Part shown: positions 1 through 12,767 of the stretch, piece after piece | Numbering within the stretch: position 1 is the stretch's first letter | Layout of the letters: every line of letters starts with the position of its first letter | NCBI GenBank assembly: GCA_965112155.1 | Contig: OZ218105.1 | Direction: 5' to 3' (one strand) | DNA: 64,000 nt | DNA from: Podarcis liolepis | Taxonomy: Eukaryota | Made by a program: the position numbers and the translations under genes | Notes under the pieces: generated by a model | Told to the model about the DNA's origin: nothing | The model's input: only the letters and a program-made list of their open reading frames with translations | Databases searched by the model: none

Positions 1-368
1 CACAGAATAGGGCCCATAATACAGAATGCATAGCTCCTTGGAGATGCATGCCTGTTTCCTTGTACATCCCCCCCATTTATATAAACAAATGAGGTAGCAG
101 CTAACACATACTCTGTTCCCAGGTGTCCCCCCCTCCCCCAATTTTGGGTTTCTATCTGTGTTGAGCTTTTCGTTTAACTACAGTATATTTTTATTTCTAT
201 ATATTGGGAGAAAAAAATGATCTTGATTATTAGGACATAAATAATGGGTTGTGTCCAGCCAGGTTGTCCCATTTGCACAGAGGTTTCTGCCTGTGCAACA
301 AAACCTCTCCCTCTCCTTCCCAAATCTGCTTTAGTTGATTTATATACTAAAACACCTGTTTAGTGATA

Positions 369-614
369 CAGTCATACCTTGGGATGAATACGCTTCAGCT
401 TAAATATTTTTGGGTTGCGCTCTGCGGCGACCCGGATGTAACAGAGCACGTTACGTCCGGGTTTCGCTGCTCGCACATGCGCAGACGCTCAAAATGATGT
501 CACGTGCATGCGTGGAAGCGGCGAATCGTGATCCACGCAGATGCGTCTTACGTTCGCTTCAGGATGCAAACGGGGCTCCGGAACGGATCCCATTCGCATC
601 CAGAGGTACCACTG
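369..614. mobile_element. Tc1/mariner-type MITE, family A
   Basis: TA|CAGTCATACCT ... GAGGTACCACTG|TA inverted termini, TA duplication; related to 6898 and 19513. Confidence 0.85.
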
Positions 615-1189
615 TACGTGGAAACTCACCTGTGGTTTAGCTCTGTGTGGATGAGATAGAGTGTGCCCAAGCAAAGTGTCTGCAAACAATAGCTTTGCTT
701 TTAAAGAATGAAGAATTCTGAGTCCTGTGAACCAGGTATACAGTTCCTGGCTTGCAGCAAACTGTATTCAGTTTCAAAACAAGTTAACTTCAACTCATGG
801 GTTATGAAACTGGCTTCATAAACTAATAGAGTTTGTTGTAAGCCAGGATTCCTGGTTTGTAGGAGGCAGCAAGCCAACCTTAATTTGTAAGTGAAACTAC
901 TTTCTGCAGAACTGCTCCTGGCTGTGCATGGAGGGTGAGATATGCAGGCTCAGTAATTTGTTTGGGCTTGCTTCAGCCTGCAGCTCATCTAGATAGCACT
1001 AAACCATCGTTTACATGCTAATGCTGATATTAAAATATTAACTGCCACATTTAATGCTAATATTTTAATGCTATAATGCTGTCATTCCTTCTTAATCATA
1101 AATATGGAGATTTTTGTATGTAATACGTTTAATGGCAGGGGCCGGGCAGCCGTCCGTCATGCATCTTGACTGTGGTCTTATTTTTTCAG

Positions 1190-1322
1190 GTTTATGCAAA
1201 TGGAATTAGGAATATTGACTTACACTTTATAATACGGAAGCTTGCAGCGCCTGTTATCTCAGTTCTGTTGCTTTCTCTTTGTGTACCTTACATCATAGCT
1301 TCTGGTATTGTACCTTTACTAG
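1190..1322 (+). CDS. MARCHF6: MARCHF6 (MARCH6/TEB4, ER-membrane RING-CH E3 ubiquitin ligase), antepenultimate coding exon
   Basis: ttttttcag acceptor and G|gtaagt donor; encodes VYANGIRNIDLHFIIRKLAAPVISVLLLSLCVPYIIASGIVPLL, recognised as MARCHF6 C-terminal TM region; splice phase fits next exon. Confidence 0.96.
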
Positions 1323-1789
1323 GTAAGTGCAGATGGGCATACAGATTTCATTGTGTGGGTCCCAGCTTAAAATACGAATCGGGGAAAATCTTTTGTTAGA
1401 ATGTCAAGTGAGTGTTCTTGTCAAGCATGTCCATTAGGTAGCTGTACTTCATTTACCACATTTTGTATCTTGCCCAAAGGTTCAAGAAGTATTTCGTTTG
1501 CTAGCTTCAGTGAAAACCATTATGTTACATCATTTGGAGAGTTACATAGTTTTGTCCCACACATAGATCCTGAAGCTGTTTATCAGCTGGTAGGCTTTAG
1601 CTGAAATTTAGAGATTACCAGCTTTTGTTTTCAAAGAAATGTACTTCTAGGTCATTAAAAATGAAATAGAAATATGTGTTAAATTTGAAGGTGGTGGCTA
1701 AAATAGCACCCTAAAAAGAATCATTTCAGGTAAACAGAAATAGCCTATTAAATATGTGAATATTTATACAGAAGAAACTGTACAAAATA

Positions 1790-2144
1790 CAGTGGTACCT
1801 CGCAACACGAATGCCTCGCAAGACAAAAAACTCGCTAGACGAAAGGTTTTTTTGTTTTTTGAGCTGCTTCGCAAGATGATTTTCCCTATGGGCTTGCTTC
1901 GCAAGACGGAAACGTCTTGCAAGTTTGTTTCCTTTTTCTTAACACCGTTAATACAGTTGCGACTTGACTTCGAGGAGCAACTCATAGAACGCGGTGTGGT
2001 AGCCTTTTTTGAGGTTTTTAAAGACTTTGGTGATTTTTGAAGCTTTTCCAAAACTTTCCTGACACCGTGCTTCGCAAGACGAAAAAAATTGCAAGACGAC
2101 AAAACTCGCGGAACGAATTAATTTCGTCTTGCGAGGCACCACTG
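1790..2144. mobile_element. Tc1/mariner-type MITE, family B (internal CGCAAGACGAAA repeats)
   Basis: TA|CAGTGGTACCTCGCAA ... TTGCGAGGCACCACTG|TA; related to 16879. Confidence 0.9.
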
Positions 2145-2517
2145 TACATAAACAACATTCGGATGGGGAGTAGGGCTACCACCACAAAATAGCTAGTATT
2201 TTAGAGTCCAGGGACAATGCAATATTGGGCAGCCCTACTCAGAAGAAAGACCTAATGAGTGGGATTCACCAAACCAGCATCGTTGGTGGGAGCTCTGCAC
2301 AAGGGCTTCCGCTTGTTAACTGGGCTCCTTTCCCCCTCACCCAGTGCATTTCTGAAATTGGCTTGGGGTGGTGGTGTCAGGAGAACCCCTGAACCACACA
2401 TGGGGGGAGGAGACGGGAGATTGTTCCAGCTGGCAAGCTGAAATGCTTGTGCAGATGGAAGAATAGGAAGAGTGTGATGTTGAATTCCACCCATTGTCAT
2501 TTGTCACCTTGGAAGTA

Positions 2518-2622
2518 CTGTATTTTTCCATCTATAAGATGCCCCCATGTATAAGACGACCCCCAATTTTAAACTTAAAAAAATTGGGGGGGAAACAGAG
2601 TCTTATACACCAAAAAATACGG
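2518..2622. mobile_element. Short pogo/Tc2-like MITE
   Basis: TA|CTGTATTTTT ... AAAAATACGG|TA termini, internal TATAAGAC motifs. Confidence 0.65.
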
Positions 2623-2646
2623 TATATCTAGGACATAATGAGCTTA

Positions 2647-2969
2647 AAGGTAAAGGGACCCCTGGCCATTAGGTCCAGTCATGGCTGACTCTGGGGTTGC
2701 GGCGCTCATCTCGCTTTATTGGCCGAGGGAGTCGGTGTACAGCTTCCGGGTCATGTGGCCAGCATGACTAAGCCAATTCTGGTGAACCAGAGCAGCGCAT
2801 GGAAACACCTTTTACCTTCCCACCAGAGCGGTACCTATTTATCTACTTGCACTTTGAGTGGGACTGAACAACGGGAGCTCACCCCATTGCAGGGATTCGA
2901 ACCGCCGACCTTCTGATTGGCAAGTCCTAGGCTCTGTGGTTTAACCCACAGCACCACCCGCATCCCATG
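2647..2969 (-). mobile_element. Sauria SINE
   Basis: tRNA-like head with B box (GGTTCGAATCC on minus), TTTACC tail, 13-bp TSD CATAATGAGCTTA (2634-2646 / 2970-2982). Confidence 0.92.
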
Positions 2970-3729
2970 CATAATGAGCTTACAATCACTCAAATAAAAA
3001 CATGGCTGCAGCATTCAAGATTGAATTATTGATTCAGAATTATTTGTATTACGAATTCTCCATTTCAGAGCTATTCAGGTTAATCATACAACTAAATTAC
3101 AAATACTAGTTGGAAGACTTTACAGTGTTTACAGTGTGGCTGTAGTCAGTGGCTTCTCCTTGTAGATAAGCAATGTGCCCTTCCCCAGAAAACACTGCAT
3201 TACTTATTTTGTTCTGTAGGTGGCAGTAGCTTGCTAGAGGGTAGTGGAGAATGGCTTATTGAGCAACAACAAATGTGTTCATGTTCTGAGCTTCCATTAT
3301 AAAATATGGTTGTCCCTACCGAGGGAGAATACGTGGGGTGTGTGACACGGTAATAAACCAAACATGCAACTGGATATTAAACAGGCCATAACTTTATTAG
3401 CTCCAGCTTCTATGAATTCGGCTTTGCAAAGACAGAAGTGTTCTGATACTCTGGAAGCCTATTTGCTGACAAAAATCTGAATACCAGTAAGCAGAAGAGG
3501 TTTCAGGAAAAATTCTTCTCTTTTCACATAAGCCAGCAGCCACTGAGCACCCATAGCAAAGAGACAAGCCTTGCGGCATAATGCAGTATCACTTGGTGAG
3601 ATGAAAGGCAAGAATCAAGAGGTTGATATTGGTAGAGTTTTGCTTGTTGGTTGCTCCAGTTCCAATATTTGAAATGTAAAGCCTTTATTTTAACCTTTTG
3701 CTCATTTGCTCTTGTTAACTTTTTTGCAG

Positions 3730-3865
3730 GTGTCACTCCTGAAATGCAAAACCTAGTGCAACGTCGAATTTATCCTTTTCTGCTCATGGTGGTGGTTTTG
3801 ATGGGGATCTTATCTTTCCAGGTCCGTCAGTTCAAGCGCCTTTACGAACACATTAAAAATGACAA
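3730..3865 (+). CDS. MARCHF6: MARCHF6 penultimate coding exon
   Basis: tttttgcag acceptor, AA|gtgagt donor; encodes (G)VTPEMQNLVQRRIYPFLLMVVVLMGILSFQVRQFKRLYEHIKND(K). Confidence 0.97.
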
Positions 3866-4415
3866 GTGAGTACCTACATTAGTAAAGTTCATCAGTTCTG
3901 GGGCCGTAATACTAGTATGCTAAAGTTTTAGGAAGCTAGAAGTGATGGATAGATTTTGGAGCATTATGAAAGTGTTATTTTAAACCTTTTCTGAAGCATC
4001 TGGGATGAACAGTGAGGTGACAGACTACTGGATCAGATTTACTGAGTCTAAATAGATAATGTCACTGCCGCTGGAAACACTGAAAGCTTTTCTTCAAAAC
4101 CAGAAATTCTGTGAAGCGATTCGTGTTGGTATGCCATGGCCTGCCCATTTGGAATTTGCAAAGGGGATAAAGCAGGTGTTCAAAATAAAAATATTCGTAA
4201 CTTTCTGTACTTTGAATGTCCATTCCTTTTATATAAGAAGCTTTAAAAATGTATTCTATATACTTGCTATTGGGATCTTAATGACTGCAAGCAAATTTTC
4301 CATCAGCAAAGTATTTTAAATAAAATACTTCCCCATTTACTCTGCCCACTATTTTTTTTGAACGGCATGTGATGACCAAACATAATGGTGTGTTTGCTTG
4401 TTTTTTAAATCATAG

Positions 4416-4506
4416 GTACCTTGTTGGGCAGCGACTTGTGAATTACGAAAGGAAAACTGGAAAACAAGGGACACCAGCCCCACCCCCTCAGTCTTCACAA
4501 GAATAG
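4416..4506 (+). CDS. MARCHF6: MARCHF6 last coding exon (to stop codon)
   Basis: catag acceptor; (K)YLVGQRLVNYERKTGKQGTPAPPPQSSQE-TAG matches the MARCHF6 C-terminus. Confidence 0.97.
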
Positions 4507-6730
4507 AAACGCTCACATGGAATTACTTGATCTTCCCTTGCCTTTGTGTCCTTTTTCATTGACTGGTCTTCATTCTTTGGGTGTCTTTCCCAACAATCCT
4601 CTCAACTGGGTTTTTATCTTTTAATTTTGGCTTACTTTTTTCATGGCGTTCAGAAAGCAGTCAAGGCTGTGCACCTTTTACCTGCAACTTCTGAAGTTAT
4701 CAGTGCTGAGATCTGTAAATGTGTAAATAGCAATACCCTAATACCCTGAATTAAAAATGAATGTTCATTGTACATCTTTAAAAGAATATTAATTTATTAA
4801 ATCTAGTTGCCACTTTGTTTTGGACTGCTGTTCTGTTGACATATGTGCCACAAAGCAATACTGCAAGAGGCAAGACACTTTTTTTAAAAAAAAAAGAAAA
4901 CAGTTGCATTTTTATGGTGGCTCTGGCCATTTCCCAAATGTAATTTTTGCAAAGCTGGGGGCTCATCAATATAAAAACAAAATGACCATTACAGTCAGCA
5001 GTGAAGTGGCTGTGGCAAGAACACATAAGCTTCATTTTTTTTATCATTTTATATAACATCAAAGCTGATGTAAATTTTCTATTGCCTGATTATCTTTTTC
5101 CATGTGTAAGTTTATAAGATTGTACAGTAACTGGTAAATCAAGATGAATTTTTCTCCTTCAAGCAGTTTTGGCATTGCTTGTTTGGCTGGAAGGCATTAA
5201 TTCCTTGGCACTGAAAGACAGAATTTTAATGAATTTCTAAGCACTTAAATCAAAGTTCATTAGAGCTAAGTGGCAGGAATACTTAAATCTGCTAATTGAG
5301 AGGTTTGTGGAAGAATGCATTTCCAATGCATAAGCCAATATTTCCTTTTTACATCTTTGAAGCTATACAGTTTAAATGCTTACAAGGATTTATTTACTCT
5401 AGAGAATAGTGCAGAAGGTTATCTGACACGTTTATTCAAGAGCACAGAGAACTTAAAGGCTGGAACATGTTACGAAAGACCCTCCTTTTTTCTTGAGTGG
5501 CCTGAAACCTCCTTACAACCAAAGTTGCAATTTGTACTATGGAATTTATACCATATCATATTAAAAATGAACATCTGTAATTCTAGAAATGGTTAGCATT
5601 AATTTTGCATGGCAGTAATGCTAGAGGTTTTGGGGGGAAATTTGTAGATTCTATGGGAGAAAACCTTTATAGTATTAACAACAGCAGAAAGAGAACCAAA
5701 AATAAAATAAAGAGCTGATCTTTACAATGATAGCGCTAAGGAAGAGGCCCCCCAAATCAAGTTCACCAATTCTCATATTTTTATACGTGTACTTATTTTC
5801 TGCAGGTAGATATGCATTTTTAATGTAAATAGTTCTGAGACAGACAAATGGAACTATGCCGAAGCTTTAAGTACAGTTCAGTTGTGTGCTTAAAACACAC
5901 AACATCCTATTCAAAAACAGTGAGAAATTGATTTAGGTTTATTGTATTGAGAAACATTAATGCTATGCAGTTGTGTGGCCACTCAGGACTGTGTCCTTGA
6001 ACATCATGTATATTTAATTATGTGTATTGAATAGATTACCAAGGAATTTGTCTACTGTCTTCAGGATATGTCTTTGTGCTTGAAAGAAAAAGCAGAAATA
6101 TGTCAAGAGCTGTTCTGGTTCCATGTTTGGGGGGCAGAGGCGGTGGTTAAGATTTCTGACAATCCACGCTCATGCCCAGTAGAATTGTGTAATAGAAGTG
6201 GAACTGGACTATCCAACTGGACTATCTAACAAGAGGTCCATCTTTGGTATTTTGCAGCATTACCTCATTTTAGACATTCTGGGCTATAAAATGTGTTGAT
6301 ACACTTGAGGTTTATTTCTAAATAAATATTTCACAAAATTCCAAATAAAAAGAGCATAGTAATGAGAGATGGCCAAAAACACTTCTAATTCACTGTACAA
6401 AGATCTTAATATTGAGTCTTTTGTGCCTGATCCTCTGGGACATGCAAATATTACACATTTCAATATTTATAATGGTGTACTTTTCTGTACAGGAGCATAT
6501 TTTACCCCCAAATACTACATTTTCTGGTAATACATGTGTTTGGTTGCACAATTATCTGTCATTGATGGTCTTTGTTTTTAATATCCAAGCAGTCTTACCA
6601 CTGGGATATTGCCAGCGATGCTGTGCTTTTTCCTGTAGCATTTTGCAGAAATGCAGTATCTTGTAATTTTTGTTTTTATCCCGGACAACCTGATCTGCAA
6701 AGATTATTAAAGTTTATTAAGAAAAAGCCT
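4507..6730 (+). other. MARCHF6: MARCHF6 3'UTR (about 2.2 kb), probable distal poly(A) signal ATTAAA at 6706-6711
   Basis: AT-rich stretch with no recognisable TE after the stop; ATTAAA followed by a GT-rich tract (ctgtgtgtgttctgt, about 6766-6780); end point inferred. Confidence 0.6.
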
Positions 6731-6897
6731 TGACACTTGCTATCTTATTGCAGCACAAAGCAGGGCTGTGTGTGTTCTGTTCTAAAGGGAGTGGAGCGGG
6801 TAGAACCAAAGGCTGGAAACTGGATTCTGTTTACTTGTATCAATTACACAAATTAAGTGCACTTACTCCAAGTTTACTTATTGTTCTTCTATTAGTA

Positions 6898-7099
6898 CAG
6901 TCATACCTCAGGTTCAATGTGCTTCAGGTTGAGAGCTTTCGGGTTGTAACGGAGTGCGTTACTTCCGGGTTTCGCTGCTCACGCATGCGTGGAAGCGGCA
7001 AAACGCGACCCGCGCACGCGCACCATCACGTCTTACATTCTATTCAGGATGCGAACGGGGCTCCTGAATGGATCCCGTTTGCATCCTGAGGTGCCACTG
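6898..7099. mobile_element. Tc1/mariner-type MITE, family A
   Basis: TA|CAGTCATACCTCAGG ... CCTGAGGTGCCACTG|TA. Confidence 0.85.
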
Positions 7100-7949
7100 T
7101 AATGGGAAAGGAAGTATGTGGGGTGCTTCATACTTGCGATCCATATCTCACCACCCATTTCCTATATGTTTCGCTGTTGCCTCCAAGGACTAGAAACGTA
7201 CTTTAAAATGAAAAAGAAGAAAAGCCCAAGTTTGCAAGCCCAAGAATACTTGCCAAAGGAAGGCGATATTTGTAGGGTTTTTTTATATAACCATAAACAG
7301 TGGCATGGGACTGACATCTTATCAATAAATCAAAATATAAGGTAATACTGTAGGAACAAAACAGTGTTCAAATTAAGCTGTTCAGCTATATATATATTCC
7401 AAGTGCTGGTAGGATGGTAACTTTCTGTGGTGCCACGAGAACATTATTACTCAGTACCTGGTGCATGGAGTGTCTGAGCGAGTTTCCAGTCTTCAAGGCT
7501 GTAGAGATTAGTTTTGAGACACAGTGCATAGTTTTGTGACACACACTGCATTCTGACTGAATCCAGGTCTCTTCTGTGCAAGTAGCCGTCCCCATTAGTT
7601 TCAGTGGAGACACCTGCCTATGTATCCCTTTCTCTGCTTGGAGTTTCTCCATTCTTTGAAGCAAGAGATCCTTGTGAATGGATGAGTTTTGTGAGCACCT
7701 CAGAGAATTCCATACCTAAAAGCGACAGCTGAAAGGCAAACCTAGGATTTACGAGGTGCGGAAATTTATGTGCCCTGTCATAGGCTTGCTCCAGTAATCT
7801 CTCCTTAGCCACCCAACTCTGGCACCGTTTTGGATCTTTAAAAATGTGCATCTCGTTACAAGTCTCTGCTGTGAACACCATTAATGTGAAGCTTACACAC
7901 ATCAAAGTGCAATGTTCAGGTCCAGTAATAATTGGAATAATGATTATTC

Positions 7950-8021
7950 TGCAATGCAGGAGGTTGAACTAGAATAGATGCTCCTCAGAGTCCCTTCCAA
8001 CTCCATAGGTTTTCTATGATC
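7950..8021 (+). mobile_element. CR1 LINE 3' tail fragment
   Basis: ggttgaactag ... gtcccttccaactc ... ttctatga, typical CR1 terminus. Confidence 0.6.
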
Positions 8022-8289
8022 CTAAAATATATTTACTTTTTAAAGAAAAAACTGGCCCTTCTTAAAGATCAAAGCAGTATTGAAAATGTGAACAATTGCT
8101 TGAATCTCTGTCTTGCTTCCAAAGAATGGGGAGAGCGCTGATTGATGCTTTTGAAATAGCCATAATGCACCCCATTTTTTTAAAAAAAGCCATATACTGT
8201 ATACGAGAATATATAATATAGTACATTATCTATAAATATATAAAATATGCTATACTTAATATATATGTATTTATATTATGTGTTATTTA

Positions 8290-8870
8290 GACTCCGCCTT
8301 TTTTCTCTGACAAGACTCGAGGCGGCTTCTATGAACACAATCCCCCAAAACAGGACCCACCTAGGTAGTTGGGCGACCTAAACGCACCTTCCCTTCCTAC
8401 TGCGCCTGCGTCCCCGACGTCCCTGCCCACAGAACGTCGAATCAACACAGAGACTGCAGTTCCGGCCCGAAGCTCGAAGGCCTTTTCTATCCCAGCTCCC
8501 ACAGCGAAGCACCTGAGGGGTTTCCACCATAGAGTTTCCCCCCCTTCTCCCCCGCTCCTTTCGCGTCCTCACGGAACGCGTCTTTTCAAGTGTCGCTCTA
8601 GGCGTTCCGCCGAACATCCACCCCCCCCGACACGCGCTTCTCTATGGTTCTCGCGGTTGCTACGAGACGGCGAGGCGCGAGCGCGCTGCCATAGCAACTC
8701 AACGGCGGCGGCGGCGGGCCGCCTCGTCCCTTTCGAGAAAGAGCGCGAGGGAGGGCGAGGGGTTTAAAAGCCCCGGCGAGGTAAATGGCCTCCGCTTCTG
8801 CCGCTTCTCCTCGAGTCGCCGGGGGCTGTTTCAACCTCGGAGGGGGGGGAGCATTCGCGAGGCAAAAAAC
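8290..8870 (+). promoter_or_regulatory. ROPN1L: CpG island, ROPN1L promoter with two RFX X-boxes (8656-8668, 8685-8698) and NRF1-like TGCGCCTGCG (8401-8410)
   Basis: High CpG density against a CpG-poor background; GTTGCTACGAGAC and GCTGCCATAGCAAC resemble the X-box consensus GTTGCCATGGCAAC; candidate donor GAG|gtaaat at 8780/8781. Confidence 0.75.
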
Positions 8871-8954
8871 TGCATATATATATCCATTTGTGATAAGTCA
8901 TTGTGGTATTAATCCTGCCGTCTCTTTCCCAAACTCTGAGGGCACAGTTTGTTG

Positions 8955-9120
8955 NNNNNNNNNNNNNNNNNNNNNNNNNNNNNNNNNNNNNNNNNNNNNN
9001 NNNNNNNNNNNNNNNNNNNNNNNNNNNNNNNNNNNNNNNNNNNNNNNNNNNNNNNNNNNNNNNNNNNNNNNNNNNNNNNNNNNNNNNNNNNNNNNNNNNN
9101 NNNNNNNNNNNNNNNNNNNN
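8955..9120. other. Assembly gap (166 N)
   Basis: Run of n characters. Confidence 1.
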
Positions 9121-9375
9121 GGGGCAGCGACCCTCCTCCAAATCAAATAAATCAACAGAAATCCTTAACTAACTGAGGTTCTGCGCACCCCCAACATAAA
9201 TCCTGGCTACGCCTGTGTGTAGAATCTCTTGCACAGCCAGGATTAATCCACAGCCCTCCCCGCCCCATCGCGTACAGTGCACAGTTGTACACGGGTGAGC
9301 TTTTACCACTTTTTTGTTGTTGAAAGCAGTATATGTTAGATGCAGAGAACAGTCCGTAACCTACACACATACATA

Positions 9376-9734
9376 AAGGTAAAGGTAAAGGGACCCCTGG
9401 CCATTAGGTCCAGTCATGGCCGACTCTGGTGTTGCGGCGCTCATCTCGCTTTATTGGCCAAGCGATCCGGTGTACAGCTTCTGGGTCATGTGGCCAGCAT
9501 GACTAAGCCGCTTCTGGCGAACCAGAGCGGCGCACGGAAACACTGTTCACCTTCCCGCCGGAGCAGTACCTATGTATCTACTTGTACTTTGACGTGCTTT
9601 CGAACTGCTAGGTTGGCAGGAGCAGGGACTGAGCAATGGGAGCTCACCCCGTCGCAGGGATTCGAACCACCCACCTTCTGATCGGCAAGCCCTAGGCTCA
9701 GTGGTTTAACCCACAACGCCACCCATGTCCCATG
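9376..9734 (-). mobile_element. Sauria SINE
   Basis: Full-length copy; 13-bp TSD ACACACATACATA (9363-9375 / 9735-9747). Confidence 0.92.
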
Positions 9735-9876
9735 ACACACATACATACGCATTTTAAAAAGCCTGCTGGATGTGTGAACATACCCCCCCCCCCCCATGTA
9801 CAGGGACATTTTCTGGATCAGCCGTCTGCTTTAGGCTCCTGTAGTTGACACTCACTGGTACCCCATAGCCACAATG

Positions 9877-9878
<2 letters not shown>

Positions 9879-9933
<55 letters not shown>
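9879..9933. repeat. (TC)n(AC)n compound microsatellite
   Basis: Direct reading. Confidence 0.95.
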
Positions 9934-9934
<1 letters not shown>

Positions 9935-10480
9935 TTCAATTCAGACTTCCAGTATGTTTGCTTGAAAACAATTCCCAGTGAATTCAATAGTATTCATTCC
10001 TAAGAGATGATGGCAACAAGCCTAACACCTCATTGAACTCAGTGGGATTTACTTCCAAGTAGGTAGGCATGTGATTGAGTTTTATATGTAGGATCGCAGC
10101 CTAAGACAAGCATCTACTTGATTAGCTATGCTTCTTGACCTTTGGTGACTTTTGGTCTCTTTTTGTCTTAGTATTGATGCTTTAGTATACAAATTTTGCG
10201 CTGAGAACAAATCTGAAGGAAATGTTCTAGAAAGGGAAATTGTTACATATGTGTGGGGAATTTTGACCAGGGAGGGAGGATTGACAAACAGTGATGATGA
10301 TGCTACCATGTTCAAGAAGATCAGGCGGTGGGGCAAAGCCAGTACATGCCTTTTGAGTTATCCAGGTAAATCTTTGTTATCCAAAGTAAGACAGCTTGAA
10401 ATAGCTTCATAGAATTGTAGAGTTGGAAGTGGTCTTGAGGGTCATCTGTTTAGGAATAATGTTCTTTTTAGTTCTCTTAG

Positions 10481-10639
<159 letters not shown>

Positions 10640-11029
10640 TGAGTAGAAAACTGAAACTAATGGCCCTGATCCAGAAGTCTTCACATAACAATCACTATTG
10701 GATAGCATCTCTGTGGGAGTGGCGAACTGGCAGAAACCTGCTCAGTTTAGCAGGTTATGAGCCAATTTGGCAGGTTTGGCTCATGAATGTTACTGTCTCG
10801 CTTAGACAAAATGATAATAAAAACAGTGAGTTGAAAAAAGACGGTTCCTGAGGATGGAGAAATGGCAGTCCACTCAAAGTCCTAACCAAATTGGCAGTCT
10901 TGAGCATTTTGGCCTAAACAACATTAATGCATTGGTGTGCAATGGCAGCTGAACAGCCTCTAAGAATGAGAAAATAAATGTTTCCCAATGGGTAGCAGAA
11001 TTGTGGCAGAGAGAGATACTTAGTTATTT

Positions 11030-11030
<1 letters not shown>

Positions 11031-11073
<43 letters not shown>

Positions 11074-12155
11074 AATTTTATTTATACCCCACCCTCCCCA
11101 GCCAAGACCGGGCTCAGGGTGGCTAACAACCAATAATAAAAACAAGTTGATTAAAATACAATTTAAAAAACAAGATTAAAATACAACATTAAAACATTAA
11201 GATGCAGCCTCTTCACAGGAGGAGAAAGGAAAAAGAAAGAGGGGAAGGGGATCAAACTGATTCTAAGCCAAAGTCCAAGCGGAACAACTCTGTCTTACAG
11301 GCCCTGCGGAAAGAAATCAGATCCTCCAGGGCCCTGGTCTCATGAGACTGAGCGTTCCACCAGGCCGGAGCCAGTGTTGAAAAGGCCGTGGGCTCTGGTT
11401 GAGGCTAATCTAACTTCCTTAGGGCCCGGGACCTCTAGGGTGTTGCTATTTATGGACCTTAAGGTCCTCCGTGGGGCATACCAGGAGAGGTGGTCCCGTA
11501 GGTACGAGGGTCCTAGGCCGTGAAGGGCTTTAAAGGTCAAAACCAGCACCTTAAATCTGACCCTGTACTCCACCGGGAGCCAGTGCAGCTGGAAAAGCAC
11601 TGGGTCAATATGCTCCCATGGCAGAGACCCCGTGAGGAGCCTTGCTGCAGCATTCTGCACCCGCTGGCGTTTCTGGGACAGCTTCAAGGGCAGCCCCGCG
11701 TAGAGCGAATTACAGTAGTCAAGCCTGGAGGTGACCGTCACATAGATCACTGTGGCCAGGTCAGGGCGGGAAAGGTAAGGGGCCAACTGCTTGATGCGGC
11801 GAAGGTGGAAAAATGTCGCCTTGGCTGTTGCTGTGACTTGCGCCTCCATGGAAAGGGAGGCGTCAAGGATTACACCCAAACTCTTAACGGAAGGCAATGG
11901 CACTAATTGGGCCCCCGCAAGAGAAGGGAGTTGGTCCCTCATCCCCATGCTATCCCGACCAAGCCAGAGGACCTTTGTCTTCGAAGGATTTAGTTTCAAT
12001 CGGCTCCAACGAAACCATCCAGCCACAGTTTCCAGGCATCTGGTCATTGTGTCCGGGGCCAAGTTGGTATGGCCATCCATCAGCAGATAGAGCTGAGTGT
12101 CATCAGTATATTGGTGACAACCCAGCCCAAAGCTCTGGACAATCTGGGCAAGGGG
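11031..12155 (-). mobile_element. L2-clade LINE, 5'-truncated, in the intron after ROPN1L coding exon 1
   Basis: Minus-strand RT C-terminus CHQYTDDTQLY ... LKLNPSKT ... SRLDYCNSLYAGLP ... VQNAAARLL ... LHWLPVEYRVRFK; 3'UTR then (TAG)n tail at 11031-11073. Confidence 0.92.
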
Positions 12156-12388
12156 TTAGTAGTTTTCTACCTGCAGGGCCTCATCCCATGGGATTTAAAA
12201 TCCATGTTTCCCTGCGTTATGGGAGGAAAAGTCTCCCTACTCCCTCCCACCCTAACAGGAAATGGCTTTTTCTCCCTGAAAGGGCCTACTGGACACCACT
12301 ATACACATTTGACCTTTAAATTCATGTACTGATTTTGAATATTTATTTATTTGACATGAACCATATTTTTGCATTTGTGCTATCATAG

Positions 12389-12512
12389 GTATTTCTATGC
12401 TTTGTCAAATGGAGAACCTCTTCCTGTGAAGGACCGTCTTGAAAGGCCAGTAGCCACACAGAAAAATGACACTGGTCTGACTCCAGGACTCCTTAAAATT
12501 TTGCATAAACAG
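12389..12512 (+). CDS. ROPN1L: ROPN1L coding exon 2
   Basis: catag acceptor, CAG|gtaaaa donor; YFYALSNGEPLPVKDRLERPVATQKNDTGLTPGLLKILHKQ. Confidence 0.96.
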
Positions 12513-12605
12513 GTAAAAGTCTTTGCAGAATGTTCTTTTGGAAGTAACTTAACTTTTCATGCTGTTTTCTTATGGTTTATTTATGATGTACATGTGTTTT
12601 TAAAG

Positions 12606-12767
12606 CTCTCTGAAAAGGAAACTGTGGAAATATCGGACCTTCAGAGAAAGTGGAAAAACTTGTGCTTGCCAATGGAACAGCTCCGCAACCTTCTTCGACT
12701 GGGCAATTTTGCAGAAGGAGTGGAATGGATGAAGTTCTTTGCCCTTGCATGTAGCGCTCTTGGTGGG
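12606..12767 (+). CDS. ROPN1L: ROPN1L coding exon 3
   Basis: tttttaaag acceptor, GGG|gtatgt donor; LSEKETVEISDLQRKWKNLCLP...WMKFFALACSALGG. Confidence 0.94.

Noticed and set aside
730-1020. AACCATGGTT-type degenerate palindromic repeats (also 14100-14860, 55720-55900)
   Set aside because: Probably old non-autonomous DNA elements, but ends and class cannot be supported by eye
1790-2144. Spaced CGCAAGACGAAA repeats resembling a CRISPR array
   Set aside because: Eukaryotic DNA; irregular spacing, inside a TIR/TA-bounded MITE, no cas genes
8764-9176. ORFs containing X runs
   Set aside because: Artefacts of the N gap
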